A stretch of 64,000 nucleotides of DNA from the NCBI GenBank assembly GCA_963778655.1, contig CAVZVA010000010.1, forward strand, positions 608,001 to 672,000. The letters are read 5' to 3'. Shown here in pieces: positions 1 to 10,073 of the stretch (position 1 is the first letter of the stretch; every line of letters begins with the position of its first letter). The notes under the pieces are model-generated. The model searched no databases, had not been told where the DNA came from, and saw only the letters and a program-made list of their open reading frames with translations. This DNA comes from an uncultured delta proteobacterium. GTDB taxonomy: Bacteria; Myxococcota_A; Polyangia; Polyangiales; JAFGIB01. A program made the translations under genes and the position numbers.

Positions 1-1
1 G

Positions 2-586
2 CCGCTGCACCTGCTGATCAACAACGCAGGCATCGCCGGCGCCCGCGGCCTGACCGCGTCGGGCTTCGAGCTCGCGTTCGGCATCAACCACATGGGGCAC
101 TTCCTGCTCACGCAGCTGCTGCTGGAGCGCATCGTGCAGAGCGCGCCCGCGCGCATCGTCACGGTCGCCAGCCGCGGGCACTACCGCGCGGGCGGCATCG
201 ACTGGCAAGCCGTGCGCAAGCGCACCGCGACCGCAACCGGGCTACACGAGTACAACGTGTCCAAGCTCGCCAACGTGCTGTTCTCCGCGGAGCTTTCGCG
301 CCGGCTTTCGGGCAGCGGCGTGACCACGTACGCGCTGCACCCGGGCGTGGTGGCTTCCGACGTGTGGCGCTCGGTGCCTTGGCCGGCGCGCGCGCTGATC
401 AAGCTGTTCATGCTCAGCAACGAGCAGGGCGCACGGACGTCACTGTACTGCGCGACCGCGAGCGAGGTCGCGCAGCAGAGCGGACAGTATTACGACAGCT
501 GCGCGCCGCGCCGGCCGAGCCGCCTCGCGCAGGACGAAGCGCTCGCCGCCGAGCTGTGGGCGCGCAGCGAAGGCTGGCTGCGCTGA
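2..586 (+). CDS. SDR family oxidoreductase (retinol dehydrogenase-like), 5'-truncated by window
   Basis: Frame open from base 2: LLINNAG, FELAFGINHMGHF, catalytic YNVSK (YxxxK), LHPGVV. Confidence 0.88.
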   Translation, partial: PLHLLINNAGIAGARGLTASGFELAFGINHMGHFLLTQLLLERIVQSAPARIVTVASRGHYRAGGIDWQAVRKRTATATGLHEYNVSKLANVLFSAELSRRLSGSGVTTYALHPGVVASDVWRSVPWPARALIKLFMLSNEQGARTSLYCATASEVAQQSGQYYDSCAPRRPSRLAQDEALAAELWARSEGWLR

Positions 587-622
587 GCGCACGCTCCGCC
601 GCAACGCCTCGCCGCCTCCTGC

Positions 623-1831
623 TCAGCCGCCGGGGCTGAAGATCGGCGGGATGACCGGGATGGCGTCGTCGGCCAGCGCGGGCATGCGCTGCTTGCGCGC
701 GAGCGCGGCCTCGATGAACGGCGCCAGCTGCGCCTGCTTGCGCGCCTCGCGCTCGGGCTCGCGCGCCTGAAACGCGGGCATCACCTCGGCGGCGAACTTG
801 CGCAGCGATTCGCAGATGTCCTGGTGCCGGTTGTTGCCGGCCTGCTGCAGGAAGATCACCTGATCGACGCCCGCCGCTTCGAACTGCTCGAGGTCTCGGG
901 TGACCTGCGCCGGGGTGCCGATGCCGGCGGCGCCGCGCAGCGCGGGCGAGGAGAGCTGCTGGGCCGCGCGCTGGCGCTGGAAGTCCTGCCACAGCGTGGT
1001 GCGGCCCGGCGTGCTCGGCCGCAGCACCAGGCTCTGCAACGCGTAGCCGAAGAACTGGAAGCCCTCGAGGCCCCGCCGCACCGCCTCGTCGGCGTCGTCG
1101 TGCACCGAAAAGCCCGACACCATCGCGATGTTGGCGTTGACGCTGTGGCCGAGCGGGACGCACGCGTCGCTCTTGATGATGCCGTAGTAGGTCTGCGCCC
1201 AACCGCGCGCTTCTTCCGGGTCGACGAAGGAGAACGCCAGCGCGCCCAAGCCGAGCTGCGCGGCGAGCTTGATCGTGTCGCGGTTGGTGCAGGCGATCCA
1301 CATCGGCGGGTGCGGCTTCTGCAGCGGCTTGGGGATCACGTTGCGACAAGCCATGCGGAAGCCCGCGCCCTCGAAGCCCGGGTAGGGCGTCATCACCATC
1401 ATGTTCGCGATCTGCTCGGCGGCCTCGAGGCAGAGCGCGCGCTTCTGTTTGGGCGGGATGTTGAAGCCGTGGATCTCGTGGCGTGTCGCGCCCTCGCCGA
1501 TGCCGAATTCGACGCGACCATCGGACAGCAGGTCGAGCGTCGCCAGCGCCTCGGCCACCCGCGCCGGGTGGTTGTAGTTGGGGATCACCTGGCGGATGCC
1601 GTGCCCGAGCCGGATACGCCGGGTGCGCGCGGCGGCGGCGGCCAGGAACACCTCGGGCGCCGAGGAGTGCGAGTACTCCTCGAGGAAGTGGTGCTCCACC
1701 TCCCAGGCGAAGTCGATGCCGAGCTGGTCGGCCAGCACCACCTGCTCCAGCGCCTCGTGCAACAGGCGATGCTCCTGGCCTTCGCTCCACGGCCGCGGCA
1801 GCTGATGCTCGTAGAACACACCGAATTTCAT
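623..1831 (-). CDS. LLM class (luciferase-like) flavin-dependent oxidoreductase
   Basis: MKFGVFYEHQLPRP start, WEVEHHF, LDLLSDGRVEFGIG, PKPLQKPHPPMW. Confidence 0.9.
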   Translation of the reverse strand: MKFGVFYEHQLPRPWSEGQEHRLLHEALEQVVLADQLGIDFAWEVEHHFLEEYSHSSAPEVFLAAAAARTRRIRLGHGIRQVIPNYNHPARVAEALATLDLLSDGRVEFGIGEGATRHEIHGFNIPPKQKRALCLEAAEQIANMMVMTPYPGFEGAGFRMACRNVIPKPLQKPHPPMWIACTNRDTIKLAAQLGLGALAFSFVDPEEARGWAQTYYGIIKSDACVPLGHSVNANIAMVSGFSVHDDADEAVRRGLEGFQFFGYALQSLVLRPSTPGRTTLWQDFQRQRAAQQLSSPALRGAAGIGTPAQVTRDLEQFEAAGVDQVIFLQQAGNNRHQDICESLRKFAAEVMPAFQAREPEREARKQAQLAPFIEAALARKQRMPALADDAIPVIPPIFSPGG

Positions 1832-1915
1832 GACCTCGACCTCGGATCGCGGGCCGGCGCCCCGGCAGCCTTCCGGCACCATAGCGCAGATCAGCTGCGG
1901 TCGCCGAGGCGCGGG

Positions 1916-3013
1916 CTACTGCAGCGGCTCGGAGTCGCCTGTCGTGCTGCTGCCGGAGAAGCACTCCTCGGTGGCCGGATCGATGCGCGGCCAGTACATG
2001 CCGTGCAGGATGCACATCTCGTTGGTGGATGCGCTCTGGCCCGCCACCACGGTCTGATCGCTCTCGTTCACGTAGGTACACGAGTAGGTCAAGCTCGAGC
2101 CTGCGTGCAGCGTGACCGGGGGATCGAAGGGGAACTGCCGCGCGGGCGGCTCGTCCCACTGCGTGGTGGTGTACAGCGCGGGCTCGGCGTCCTGCGTGGC
2201 CGGATCGTCGCTGCTGGCGACGAAATCGACCCCACGCCAGTGCATGTGGGACCAGAGCAGCGCGAGGTGAATGTCGCTGGTGATGGGGCAGGTACGCGTG
2301 ACGGTCACGCGCGACGAGGGCGGAATCGAGATCAGCGGGTTGTAGAAGAAGATCGAGCCTGCTTCCTGCTGGACGTCGGCCGCGTCCATGGTGTGCAGGG
2401 TGAAGCTGACATGACAGTCGAGGTCATCCTCGGTGGTGTTCAAGTAGTGCGACGTCAGCAGCAGCACTTCTCCCGGCTGAAACAAGTGCGCGATTCCAGG
2501 CGGCAGGTCGCGACGGGAGTCGGGGGCCTGCACTTCGTAGAAGGTGCCGTCGAAGTGGATGGCCTCCTCGGCGGGGGTGCACTCGTGCGGCACGTCTTCG
2601 CCCTGGTTCAGGGCTTGGCGGCCGGTGCGGTAGACCAGGAAGTGATGGCTGCCGGGCGTGAAATGCGACTCCGCGCTGTGGACCGCGATCACGCCGCGAT
2701 CGCTGGGCAGCTGCACCGAGAGGCAGTTCTGCAGCTCCTGGCCGGCGTCGACATGCCCGCTCAGCTCGAAGGTGATGTCGGCCGGCGGGGCGCCCGCGGT
2801 CGCGCTGCCGTCCGGAGCAGCAGCCGGAGCCGGCGCTGCACCGGCGGTGCCGGAAAGACCGGGTGCGCCGGAGGCGGTGTGCCGCCCATCGGCGACAGCC
2901 CCGCCGGGCGTCCCGCTGCTCGCGTCGTCGGGTACGTCGTGGGCCGCTGCGCAGGCCTGGATCAGCGAAAAACCCAGGGCAGCGGCCCGGATCCTGGCGT
3001 TACCCCTCATCAT
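1916..3013 (-). CDS. Copper type II ascorbate-dependent monooxygenase-like exported protein
   Basis: Signal/lipobox-like N-terminus (LIQAC); GSHHF, SHY, SHMH and NEMC match the CuH/CuM ligand pattern of the PHM/DBH family. Confidence 0.7.
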   Translation of the reverse strand: MMRGNARIRAAALGFSLIQACAAAHDVPDDASSGTPGGAVADGRHTASGAPGLSGTAGAAPAPAAAPDGSATAGAPPADITFELSGHVDAGQELQNCLSVQLPSDRGVIAVHSAESHFTPGSHHFLVYRTGRQALNQGEDVPHECTPAEEAIHFDGTFYEVQAPDSRRDLPPGIAHLFQPGEVLLLTSHYLNTTEDDLDCHVSFTLHTMDAADVQQEAGSIFFYNPLISIPPSSRVTVTRTCPITSDIHLALLWSHMHWRGVDFVASSDDPATQDAEPALYTTTQWDEPPARQFPFDPPVTLHAGSSLTYSCTYVNESDQTVVAGQSASTNEMCILHGMYWPRIDPATEECFSGSSTTGDSEPLQ

Positions 3014-3201
3014 GATCTCCCCCCAATGACGTGGCCGAAAGGTCTAAGGTGTGTGCGCAACATCCTGCGCGGTGGGAAGATACCGACTCGGGGGCCCGGC
3101 TTCAAGACGTTTGGGGGCCAGCGGACAGCGGGCCCGGCCAACGGCCCTCGAGCGCGTGATGAGCCCTCGGAACCCTTCGGCCGGCGCACTACCATCTTCA
3201 A

Positions 3202-3897
3202 GTGCCCGCGTACCGGCCGAAATCTGGAGCGCCGCCCGCCGCTGCGACCCTCGGCCTGCTGTGCGGGCTGCTGCTGTGCGCCGGCTGCGACGCGGCAGCG
3301 CCCTTTGCCCCGCAAGCCACCAGCTGTTCCACGGACGCGACGCGTTGCGGGGGCGCCAGCGACTGTTTCGCGACCTGCATGTGCGAGCGCGCGGACCCGA
3401 GCGCGTGCGACGACCAGTGCGGCGCGCCCGCCGCGCCACGCGTGACCGACCTCGACGAAAGCAGCTGGCAGCCGGACTGGGCCGCATTCGAGGACCAGGT
3501 GCTGGCGCTCACCAACCGCGCGCGCGCGCAGGCCGGCTGCTGCGGCAGCGACGGCTGCTTCGAGCCCGCGGGCGCGCTGGCGCTCGATCCCGACCTGCGC
3601 CGCGCGGCCCGCGCGCACGCGCTGGACATGGCCACGCGCGACTACTTCGCGCATGACACGCCCGAAGGCCTGTCGCCTTTCGATCGCATGCGTGAGGCCG
3701 GCTTTCACGGCTGCGCCATGGGCGAGAACATCGCCGCGGGTCAGCCCAGCCCAGAGAGCGTAGTCGACGGCTGGCTGCAGAGCCCGGGCCACTGCGCGAA
3801 CATTCGCGACCCGAGCTACACCCAGCTGGGCGTCGGCTACCACCCGAGCAGCGGCGACGCGCTGGGGCACTTCTGGGTGCAGAGCTTCGGCGGCTGA
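3202..3897 (+). CDS. CAP (SCP-like) domain lipoprotein
   Basis: LCAGC lipobox, Cys-rich linker, AARAHALDMA, GENIAAG, WLQSPGHCANI, FWVQSFG. Confidence 0.88.
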   Translation: MPAYRPKSGAPPAAATLGLLCGLLLCAGCDAAAPFAPQATSCSTDATRCGGASDCFATCMCERADPSACDDQCGAPAAPRVTDLDESSWQPDWAAFEDQVLALTNRARAQAGCCGSDGCFEPAGALALDPDLRRAARAHALDMATRDYFAHDTPEGLSPFDRMREAGFHGCAMGENIAAGQPSPESVVDGWLQSPGHCANIRDPSYTQLGVGYHPSSGDALGHFWVQSFGG

Positions 3898-3925
3898 AGC
3901 ACGCACGCAGGCGCGCCGCGCCGGT

Positions 3926-3941
3926 TGGCATGCATTCTGCT
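3926..3941 (+). promoter_or_regulatory. Candidate sigma-54 (-24/-12) promoter of the DUF2330 gene
   Basis: TGGCATGCATTCTGCT, GG-N10-GC spacing; followed by GAGAGGGG RBS and ATG at 3967. Confidence 0.55.
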
Positions 3942-3966
3942 GCATCCCTGCCGAGAGGGGTGTCGC

Positions 3967-5961
3967 ATGTGCCAGGTTGTGCCGATCGGCTTGGAGCTCG
4001 GGAAATCTTCGCGCAGCTGGCGCACGCGCGCGGCCACGCTGCTCGGCCTCGCGCTGCTGAGCGTGGTCGCTCTACCGCGCGCGGTGCGCGCGTGCGGAGG
4101 ACTGTTCTGCTCGGGAGGAGGCGGCTCGAGCACCACCACCACGCAAGGCGGCATCGTCAATCAGACCGCCGAGCGCATCGCCTTCATCGAGAACGACGAC
4201 GCCACCATCAGTGCCGTGATCCAGATTCTGTACGAGGGCCCGAGTGAGAAGTTTGCGTGGATCATCCCGGTCAGTGGGGTGCCCGATGTCGCTGTCTCCT
4301 CGGGTGTGGTGCTCGACGCGCTGCAGAAGCAAACCAATCCGAGCTACCAGATCAACATCACGCGCAACTGCCCGCAGAGCTTTCCCAGCGGGGGCGACTC
4401 GTTCGGCGGCGATTGCGGCTGCGGCTGCACGGCAGCGGCGCCGAGCGGCGCCAGCCAGGAGCCGGGCTCCTGGCAGTTGCAGGCGGGCGGGCCGGTGGTC
4501 ACGGTCGAGGCGGCGGGCGCAATCGGGCCTTACGACTACACCGTGATCGCGGTGCAGCCGTTCGCGTTCGACCCGGCGCAGGTCGCGCTGCAGTGGCTGA
4601 CCGACAACGGCTTCGACGCGGGCACGACCGCGGCCGATGCGCTGCGGCCGTACTTGCAGAGCGGTCAGAACCTGCTGGCGTTCCGGCTGCACAAGGACGC
4701 CGAGGTGGGCTCGATCCGGCCGGTGATGATCACCTACGCCGGCGACACCCCGTCGATTCCGATCGGCCCGACCGCGGTGGCCGCCGACGACGACATGGGC
4801 GTGATGGTGTGGATCGCGGCCAAGGCGCGCGCGGTGCCGCTCAACTACAAGACGGTGGTGCTCGACGAGGCGCGCATCAACTGGTTGAGCCCCGGCCAGA
4901 GCTACGACGCCGTGGTCGGAGCCGCGGCCGACGAGGCCGGCGGCCAGGCCTTCGTGACCGAAAGCGCGGGCCCGTTTTCGATGCTGTCGAGCGATCCCGC
5001 CTTCGCCACGCTCAAGAGCGACTTCGCGAGCTACACGCAGAGCGCGTACACCGACTGGCTGCCGGCGCTGCGCGACGCCTGGCGCTGGCAGCGCTGGGAC
5101 GGCTTCGACGATGCGCTCGCTGCCGCGGCCACGCTGCCCGCGGAGCTGAGCTTCGCGAGCTTCCGCGCGTGTCTGGATCCGGCGGCCTCGCAGAGCGCTG
5201 CGGCCGCGGCGGACGGCGCGTTGCAGGACTGCTTGCAGCAAGCTGCCGCGGGCGGCGCGAGCGGCGTCAGCGTGGATGTGGCGATGTTCCGGCAGAAGCT
5301 CGACGAGCTGGTCATCTCGCCGGTGGTCGGCACGCTCGACAAGCTCGACCTGCAACCCTATCTGACCCGGCTCTACACCAAGCTCAGCCCCGAGGAGATG
5401 ACGGTCGACCCGGCGTTCGTGCTCAATCCTGACGCCGAGCCGGTGAGCAGCCTGCACGTCGCGCAGGGCACGGTGCCGTGCTCGGGCACGCTCGCGACCG
5501 TGCCGCTACCGCAGGGCGCCAGCGTGGGCGTGGAGACCAACGGCGTGACCTGGCCGGTGGCGGCAGACGCGGCGCCGGCCGCGCTGCAGATCCTGCAGTA
5601 CGGCAGCAGCGGGCCGCCGCTGGTGCTCGACGATCAAAGCGCGAGCCTGATGGGCGCCAAGTTCGGGCTGGCGGCGTGCGGGCCGTACGGCAGCGGCGGA
5701 ACGGGCGGCGGCGGCTACGTGGTCACGCCGGCCGGCTCGGGCTCGGGTAACGGCGGGGGCTCGGCGCAAGCCGGTGGCGCCGCGGGCAGCGGCGCCCGAG
5801 ACGAGCGCACCAGCGTGGGCGGGGACGCCGGCGCCACCCGCGGCGGCTGCAGCGCGCTCGCCGCGGGCGCAGCGGGGTCGGGCTGGCTCCTGCCCTTTGC
5901 GCTGTGCGGGCTCGGGCTGTGGCGCAGGCGCCGCCAGCGGCCTCACCGCCGCCGCGCGTAG
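3967..5961 (+). CDS. DUF2330-domain secreted protein with MYXO-CTERM-like C-terminal sorting tail
   Basis: Signal peptide ending at ACGGLFC, NQTAERI, FAWIIPV, YLTRLYTKLSPEEMTVDP; C-terminal GGC + hydrophobic helix + RRRR. Confidence 0.78.
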   Translation: MCQVVPIGLELGKSSRSWRTRAATLLGLALLSVVALPRAVRACGGLFCSGGGGSSTTTTQGGIVNQTAERIAFIENDDATISAVIQILYEGPSEKFAWIIPVSGVPDVAVSSGVVLDALQKQTNPSYQINITRNCPQSFPSGGDSFGGDCGCGCTAAAPSGASQEPGSWQLQAGGPVVTVEAAGAIGPYDYTVIAVQPFAFDPAQVALQWLTDNGFDAGTTAADALRPYLQSGQNLLAFRLHKDAEVGSIRPVMITYAGDTPSIPIGPTAVAADDDMGVMVWIAAKARAVPLNYKTVVLDEARINWLSPGQSYDAVVGAAADEAGGQAFVTESAGPFSMLSSDPAFATLKSDFASYTQSAYTDWLPALRDAWRWQRWDGFDDALAAAATLPAELSFASFRACLDPAASQSAAAAADGALQDCLQQAAAGGASGVSVDVAMFRQKLDELVISPVVGTLDKLDLQPYLTRLYTKLSPEEMTVDPAFVLNPDAEPVSSLHVAQGTVPCSGTLATVPLPQGASVGVETNGVTWPVAADAAPAALQILQYGSSGPPLVLDDQSASLMGAKFGLAACGPYGSGGTGGGGYVVTPAGSGSGNGGGSAQAGGAAGSGARDERTSVGGDAGATRGGCSALAAGAAGSGWLLPFALCGLGLWRRRRQRPHRRRA

Positions 5962-6033
5962 CCGGGAGCCCGCGCGCGTACAGCCGGGCGTTTCGCAGGA
6001 CGGGCCCGCGCCCGCGTATGCTATGGGCTGAGC

Positions 6034-7800
6034 ATGACGCTTGCCGATCTCGGCCTGATCGGAAACTGCCAGCTCTCGGCGTTGGTGCGGCGCGACGGCG
6101 CGATCGTGTGGTCGTGCATGCCGCGCTTCGATTCGCCGCCGCTGTTCGGGGCCTTGCTCGACGAAGGCGAGGGCGGCTCCTTCGTGATCACGCCGGCCAC
6201 TCCCCAGCAGGGCGCCCAGCGCTACCTGCCCAACACCAACATCCTCGAGACGCGCTTCGACGCCCCCGACGGCTCGTTCCGCGTGCTCGACTTCGCGCCG
6301 CGCTTCGTGCAGTACGGGCGTAGCTTCCGCCCGACCAAGATCGTGCGCATCGTCGAGCCGCTCTCGGGCACGCCGCGGCTGCGCGTGGCCTGCGACCCGG
6401 TGCTGGGCTGGTCGCGCACCCAGCCCGGGCGCGAGCACGGCTCGCACCACATCCGCTATCGCGGGTACGACGCCGAGGTGCGCCTCACCACCGACGCGCC
6501 GCTGTCCTATGTGGACGCCGAGCCCTTCGCGCTGACCGAACGCAAGCACTTCGTGCTGGCCTGGGGCGAGCCGGTCGAGGAACCGCTCGAGCCGCTGTGC
6601 GACCGCTTCCTGCGCGAGACCACCCGCTACTGGCAGCACTGGGTCAAGCACCTGGACGTGCCGACCCTGTACCAGGAAGACGTGATCCGCTCGGCGCTGG
6701 CGCTCAAGCTGCACTGCTTCGAGGACACGGGCGCGATCGTGGCCGCGCTCACCACCTCGATTCCCGAAGCGCCCGGCTCCGGCCGCACCTGGGACTATCG
6801 CTACTGCTGGCTGCGCGACGCCTATTACACGCTCGGCGCCTTTCGCCTGCTCGGCCACTTCGAGGAGCGCGAGCAGTTTCTGCACTTCCTGCTCAACGTG
6901 GCCGGTTCCTCGCCTGATCTCGACCTGGCGCCGCTCTACCGCATCGACGGCCGCACCGATCTCGACGAACGCACACTCGACGACTGGCCCGGCTTCGCCG
7001 GCGAGAAGCCGGTGCGGGTCGGCAACGCCGCGGCCGTGCACCGGCAGCACGACGTGTTCGGCGAAATGGTGCTGGCGCTGACGCCGCTGTTCGTCGACGC
7101 GCGCTTTCGCGAGCAGGTCACGCCGGCCGTGCTCGACCTGGTCACGCGCCTGGCGCGCAAGGCCGTGGCGGTCGCGGGCCAGCCGGATGCAGGCATCTGG
7201 GAGTACCGCTCGGAGTGGCGGCCGCAGAGCTTCAGCTCGCTGATGTGCTGGGCCGCCGCCGATCGGATGAGCCGCATCGCCGAGCGCCATCGGCCGGGGG
7301 ACGCCGCGGAGTTCGAGCGCGCCGCCAAGCAGATAAGGCTCGAGCTGCTGCGCGAGGGGGTGGATCCGGCGCGCGGCTGCCTGGTGGCCGACTACGGGGG
7401 CAAGGAGGTCGACGCCGCGCTGCTGCAAGCGGTCACGCTGCGCGTGCTGCCACCCGAGGACCCGCGCATGCACGCAACGGTCGACGCCATCTGGGCCGAC
7501 CTGCAGCACCACGGTTGGTTGAAGCGCTATCGCGGTAACGACGGCTTCGGCACGCCCACGGTCGCGTTCACGCTGTGCACGTTCTGGCTGGTGGAGGCGC
7601 TGGCGCGGCTCGGACGCGCGGAGCAGGCGCGCGAGCTGATGGAGCGCACGCTGCAAGCGAGCTCGCCGCTGGGCTTGCTCTCGGAGGACTTCGATCCGAT
7701 CTCGCGCGTGATGTGGGGTAACTTTCCGCAGGCGTACTCGCACGTCGGCCTGATCCACGCGGCGTTCGCCGCCGCCCCGCGCTGGTCGGAGCTCGACTGA
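6034..7800 (+). CDS. Glycoside hydrolase family 15 (glucoamylase/trehalase-like)
   Basis: IGNCQLSALV, WDYRYCWLRD, GIWEYR, GLLSED, GNFPQAYSH. Confidence 0.92.
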   Translation: MTLADLGLIGNCQLSALVRRDGAIVWSCMPRFDSPPLFGALLDEGEGGSFVITPATPQQGAQRYLPNTNILETRFDAPDGSFRVLDFAPRFVQYGRSFRPTKIVRIVEPLSGTPRLRVACDPVLGWSRTQPGREHGSHHIRYRGYDAEVRLTTDAPLSYVDAEPFALTERKHFVLAWGEPVEEPLEPLCDRFLRETTRYWQHWVKHLDVPTLYQEDVIRSALALKLHCFEDTGAIVAALTTSIPEAPGSGRTWDYRYCWLRDAYYTLGAFRLLGHFEEREQFLHFLLNVAGSSPDLDLAPLYRIDGRTDLDERTLDDWPGFAGEKPVRVGNAAAVHRQHDVFGEMVLALTPLFVDARFREQVTPAVLDLVTRLARKAVAVAGQPDAGIWEYRSEWRPQSFSSLMCWAAADRMSRIAERHRPGDAAEFERAAKQIRLELLREGVDPARGCLVADYGGKEVDAALLQAVTLRVLPPEDPRMHATVDAIWADLQHHGWLKRYRGNDGFGTPTVAFTLCTFWLVEALARLGRAEQARELMERTLQASSPLGLLSEDFDPISRVMWGNFPQAYSHVGLIHAAFAAAPRWSELD

Positions 7801-9218
7801 TGGGCGTCCCGCCGCGCGAGCATGAGGGGCAGCCGGCCGCGCCGCCCGAGTCCTGGGAGCCGCTGCGCAAGCTGGCCCGAATCGCGGGTCGTCCGCTCGA
7901 GCGCTTTCTGCAGATCGAGGCTGCCAGCGGGATCGTGCTGCTGGTCGCCGCCGCGGTCGCGCTGCTGTGGGCGAGCTCGGCCTGGGCGGAGAGCTACCGG
8001 GCGCTGTGGGAGACGCCGATCGGTGTGCGCCTGGGCCCGCTCGCCTTCGAGCGCAACCTGCTCTTCCTGGTCAACGACGGCTTGATGGTGATCTTCTTCT
8101 TCGTGGTCGGGCTGGAGATCCGCCGCGAGGTCGATCACGGCGAGCTGTCCAGATGGCGCAGCGCCGCGCTGCCGGCCGCAGCCGCGCTCGGCGGCATGGT
8201 GGTGCCAGCGCTGGTCTATCTGGGCATCGCGGGCGGCGCCCAGACGCGCGCGGGCTGGGGCGTGCCGATGGCCACCGACATCGCATTCGCGGTGGGCGTG
8301 CTGATGCTGCTCGGCCCGCGCGTACCGGCGGCGCTGCGCGTCATGCTGCTGGCGCTGGCGGTGATCGACGACCTCGGCGCGATCGTGGTGATCGCACTGT
8401 TCTACTCCGCCGGGCTGAGCGCCTGGGGGCTGTTGGTCGCAGCGGTGGGGGTGGCCGGCATCTTCCTGCTGCAGGGCCTGGGCGTGCGGCGCCGGCTCGC
8501 CTACGTGGTGCCGGGGGTCGTGATCTGGGGCGGCGTGTACGCCGCCGGGATTCATCCCACCATCGCCGGCGTGATCATCGGCGTGCTGACCCCGGTGCGC
8601 GCGTGGCTGGGCGAGGAAGGCTTCAAGCGCGGGGTACACCGCGAGCTGGACCGACTCGCCCCGGAGGTCGCGGACGAGCGCTCGACCCACGAGCTGGCGC
8701 AGACGCTACGCTCGGTCGACGCGGCGCGGCGCGAGGCGCTGTCGCCGGCCGAGGGCTTGATCGATGATCTGCACCCCTGGGTGGCCTACGGCATCATGCC
8801 GATCTTCGCCCTGGCCAACGCCGGGGTGACGGTGAAGTGGGCGAGCATCGACGTTCAGGCCACGGCGGTGGCGACCGCGGTCGCCCTCGGGCTGGTCTTG
8901 GGCAAGCCGCTCGGCGTCCTGCTCGCGAGCGCCGTGGCGCTGCGGCTGGGCATTGCCAGGCTGCCGCGCGGCCTGGGCGCGCGCCACCTGCTGGTGCTCG
9001 GGCTGGTGGCCGGGATCGGCTTCACGATGGCGTTGTTCATCGCGGAGCTCGCCTTCGTCGATGCCCGGCTGCTCGACGCGGCCAAGCTCGGCGTGCTGGC
9101 GGCCAGCGGCGCCGCCGCCGTGCTGGCACTGCTGGCGGGTCGCTTGCTGCCGCTCGCCGCCACCCAGGCGGGCGAGCCCAGCAGCGCAGACGAAGCGGAA
9201 CGCTGCTCGGAGGCGTAA
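7800..9218 (+). CDS. nhaA: Na+/H+ antiporter NhaA
   Basis: NDGLMVIFFFVVGLEI, GWGVPMATDIAFA, LAVIDDLGAI, GIGFTMALFI; ATG overlaps the GH15 stop. Confidence 0.95.
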   Translation: MGVPPREHEGQPAAPPESWEPLRKLARIAGRPLERFLQIEAASGIVLLVAAAVALLWASSAWAESYRALWETPIGVRLGPLAFERNLLFLVNDGLMVIFFFVVGLEIRREVDHGELSRWRSAALPAAAALGGMVVPALVYLGIAGGAQTRAGWGVPMATDIAFAVGVLMLLGPRVPAALRVMLLALAVIDDLGAIVVIALFYSAGLSAWGLLVAAVGVAGIFLLQGLGVRRRLAYVVPGVVIWGGVYAAGIHPTIAGVIIGVLTPVRAWLGEEGFKRGVHRELDRLAPEVADERSTHELAQTLRSVDAARREALSPAEGLIDDLHPWVAYGIMPIFALANAGVTVKWASIDVQATAVATAVALGLVLGKPLGVLLASAVALRLGIARLPRGLGARHLLVLGLVAGIGFTMALFIAELAFVDARLLDAAKLGVLAASGAAAVLALLAGRLLPLAATQAGEPSSADEAERCSEA

Positions 9219-9233
9219 GGCCGCACGCCCGCG

Positions 9234-10073
9234 TCAGCCTCGGCCTTCGCGCGTGCGCAGGCGAGCGGGCGCCGCGACGATGTCGAGCACCTCCTGAGTG
9301 GTGGCCTCGCGCCGGCTCGCGGCCAGCTGGCGCTGCACCCCGCCCGCGCTCTTCTGCAGCCAGTTGCGCGCCGATTCGCTCGCCAACAGACGCATGCCGT
9401 GCTCGGCGGCCAACGCGTCGAGCAGCAGCTCGTAGAGCGTGATGTAGAGTAGCTCGCGCACGGCCACCGCGAACAGGTGGCGTTCGGACTGATACGCGGT
9501 GGGACGCAGCGGCGACTGCGCGCCCGCGGGCGCGATCGGCAGCACCTGAGTGCGCACCGCCTCGAAGCGCCCCACGCCCTCGAAACGAGCCGAGACCACG
9601 TACAGTGGGCCGAATGCGCCGCGCACGTGGTCGTCGAGTAGGTCCTGCGCCAGGCTGAGCAGCGTGCTCGACACCCCATCAAGGCTCGCAGGCGAGGGGT
9701 AGAGGCGGGTGACCTCGACGCCCGCGCGCGCGAGCCCGGCGTGCGCCCTGCGGCCGATGCAATAGGTGGGACCGGGTGGCGCCGCCGCACGCTCGCGCAG
9801 CAGCAGCGCGCGCAGCCGCGCGTTGTAGTCCGCGCACAGGCCGAGATCCGAGGCCACCACCAGCAGCCCGGTCGCGCTCGGCGCTGGCGGCGGCTGGTGC
9901 AGGCCGGCCTCCAGCGCAGCGCGCTCGACTTGCGTGCGGTACGCGCGCGCCGGGGCGAGCGCGTTGCGGCACAGCCGGAAATGGTGCGCCGAGAGCGACT
10001 TCATCGCGGAGACCGCCTCGTGCAGCGTGTTCAGCGTGCGCAGCCGGCGCTCGAGCTGGCGCGCGGGCTTCAC
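9234..10073 (-). CDS. atpG: N-ATPase F1 gamma subunit
   Basis: GTG start overlapping atpA stop; SAMKSLS, SDLGLCADYN, AAEHGMRL, RREATTQEV. Confidence 0.88.
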   Translation of the reverse strand: MKPARQLERRLRTLNTLHEAVSAMKSLSAHHFRLCRNALAPARAYRTQVERAALEAGLHQPPPAPSATGLLVVASDLGLCADYNARLRALLLRERAAAPPGPTYCIGRRAHAGLARAGVEVTRLYPSPASLDGVSSTLLSLAQDLLDDHVRGAFGPLYVVSARFEGVGRFEAVRTQVLPIAPAGAQSPLRPTAYQSERHLFAVAVRELLYITLYELLLDALAAEHGMRLLASESARNWLQKSAGGVQRQLAASRREATTQEVLDIVAAPARLRTREGRG

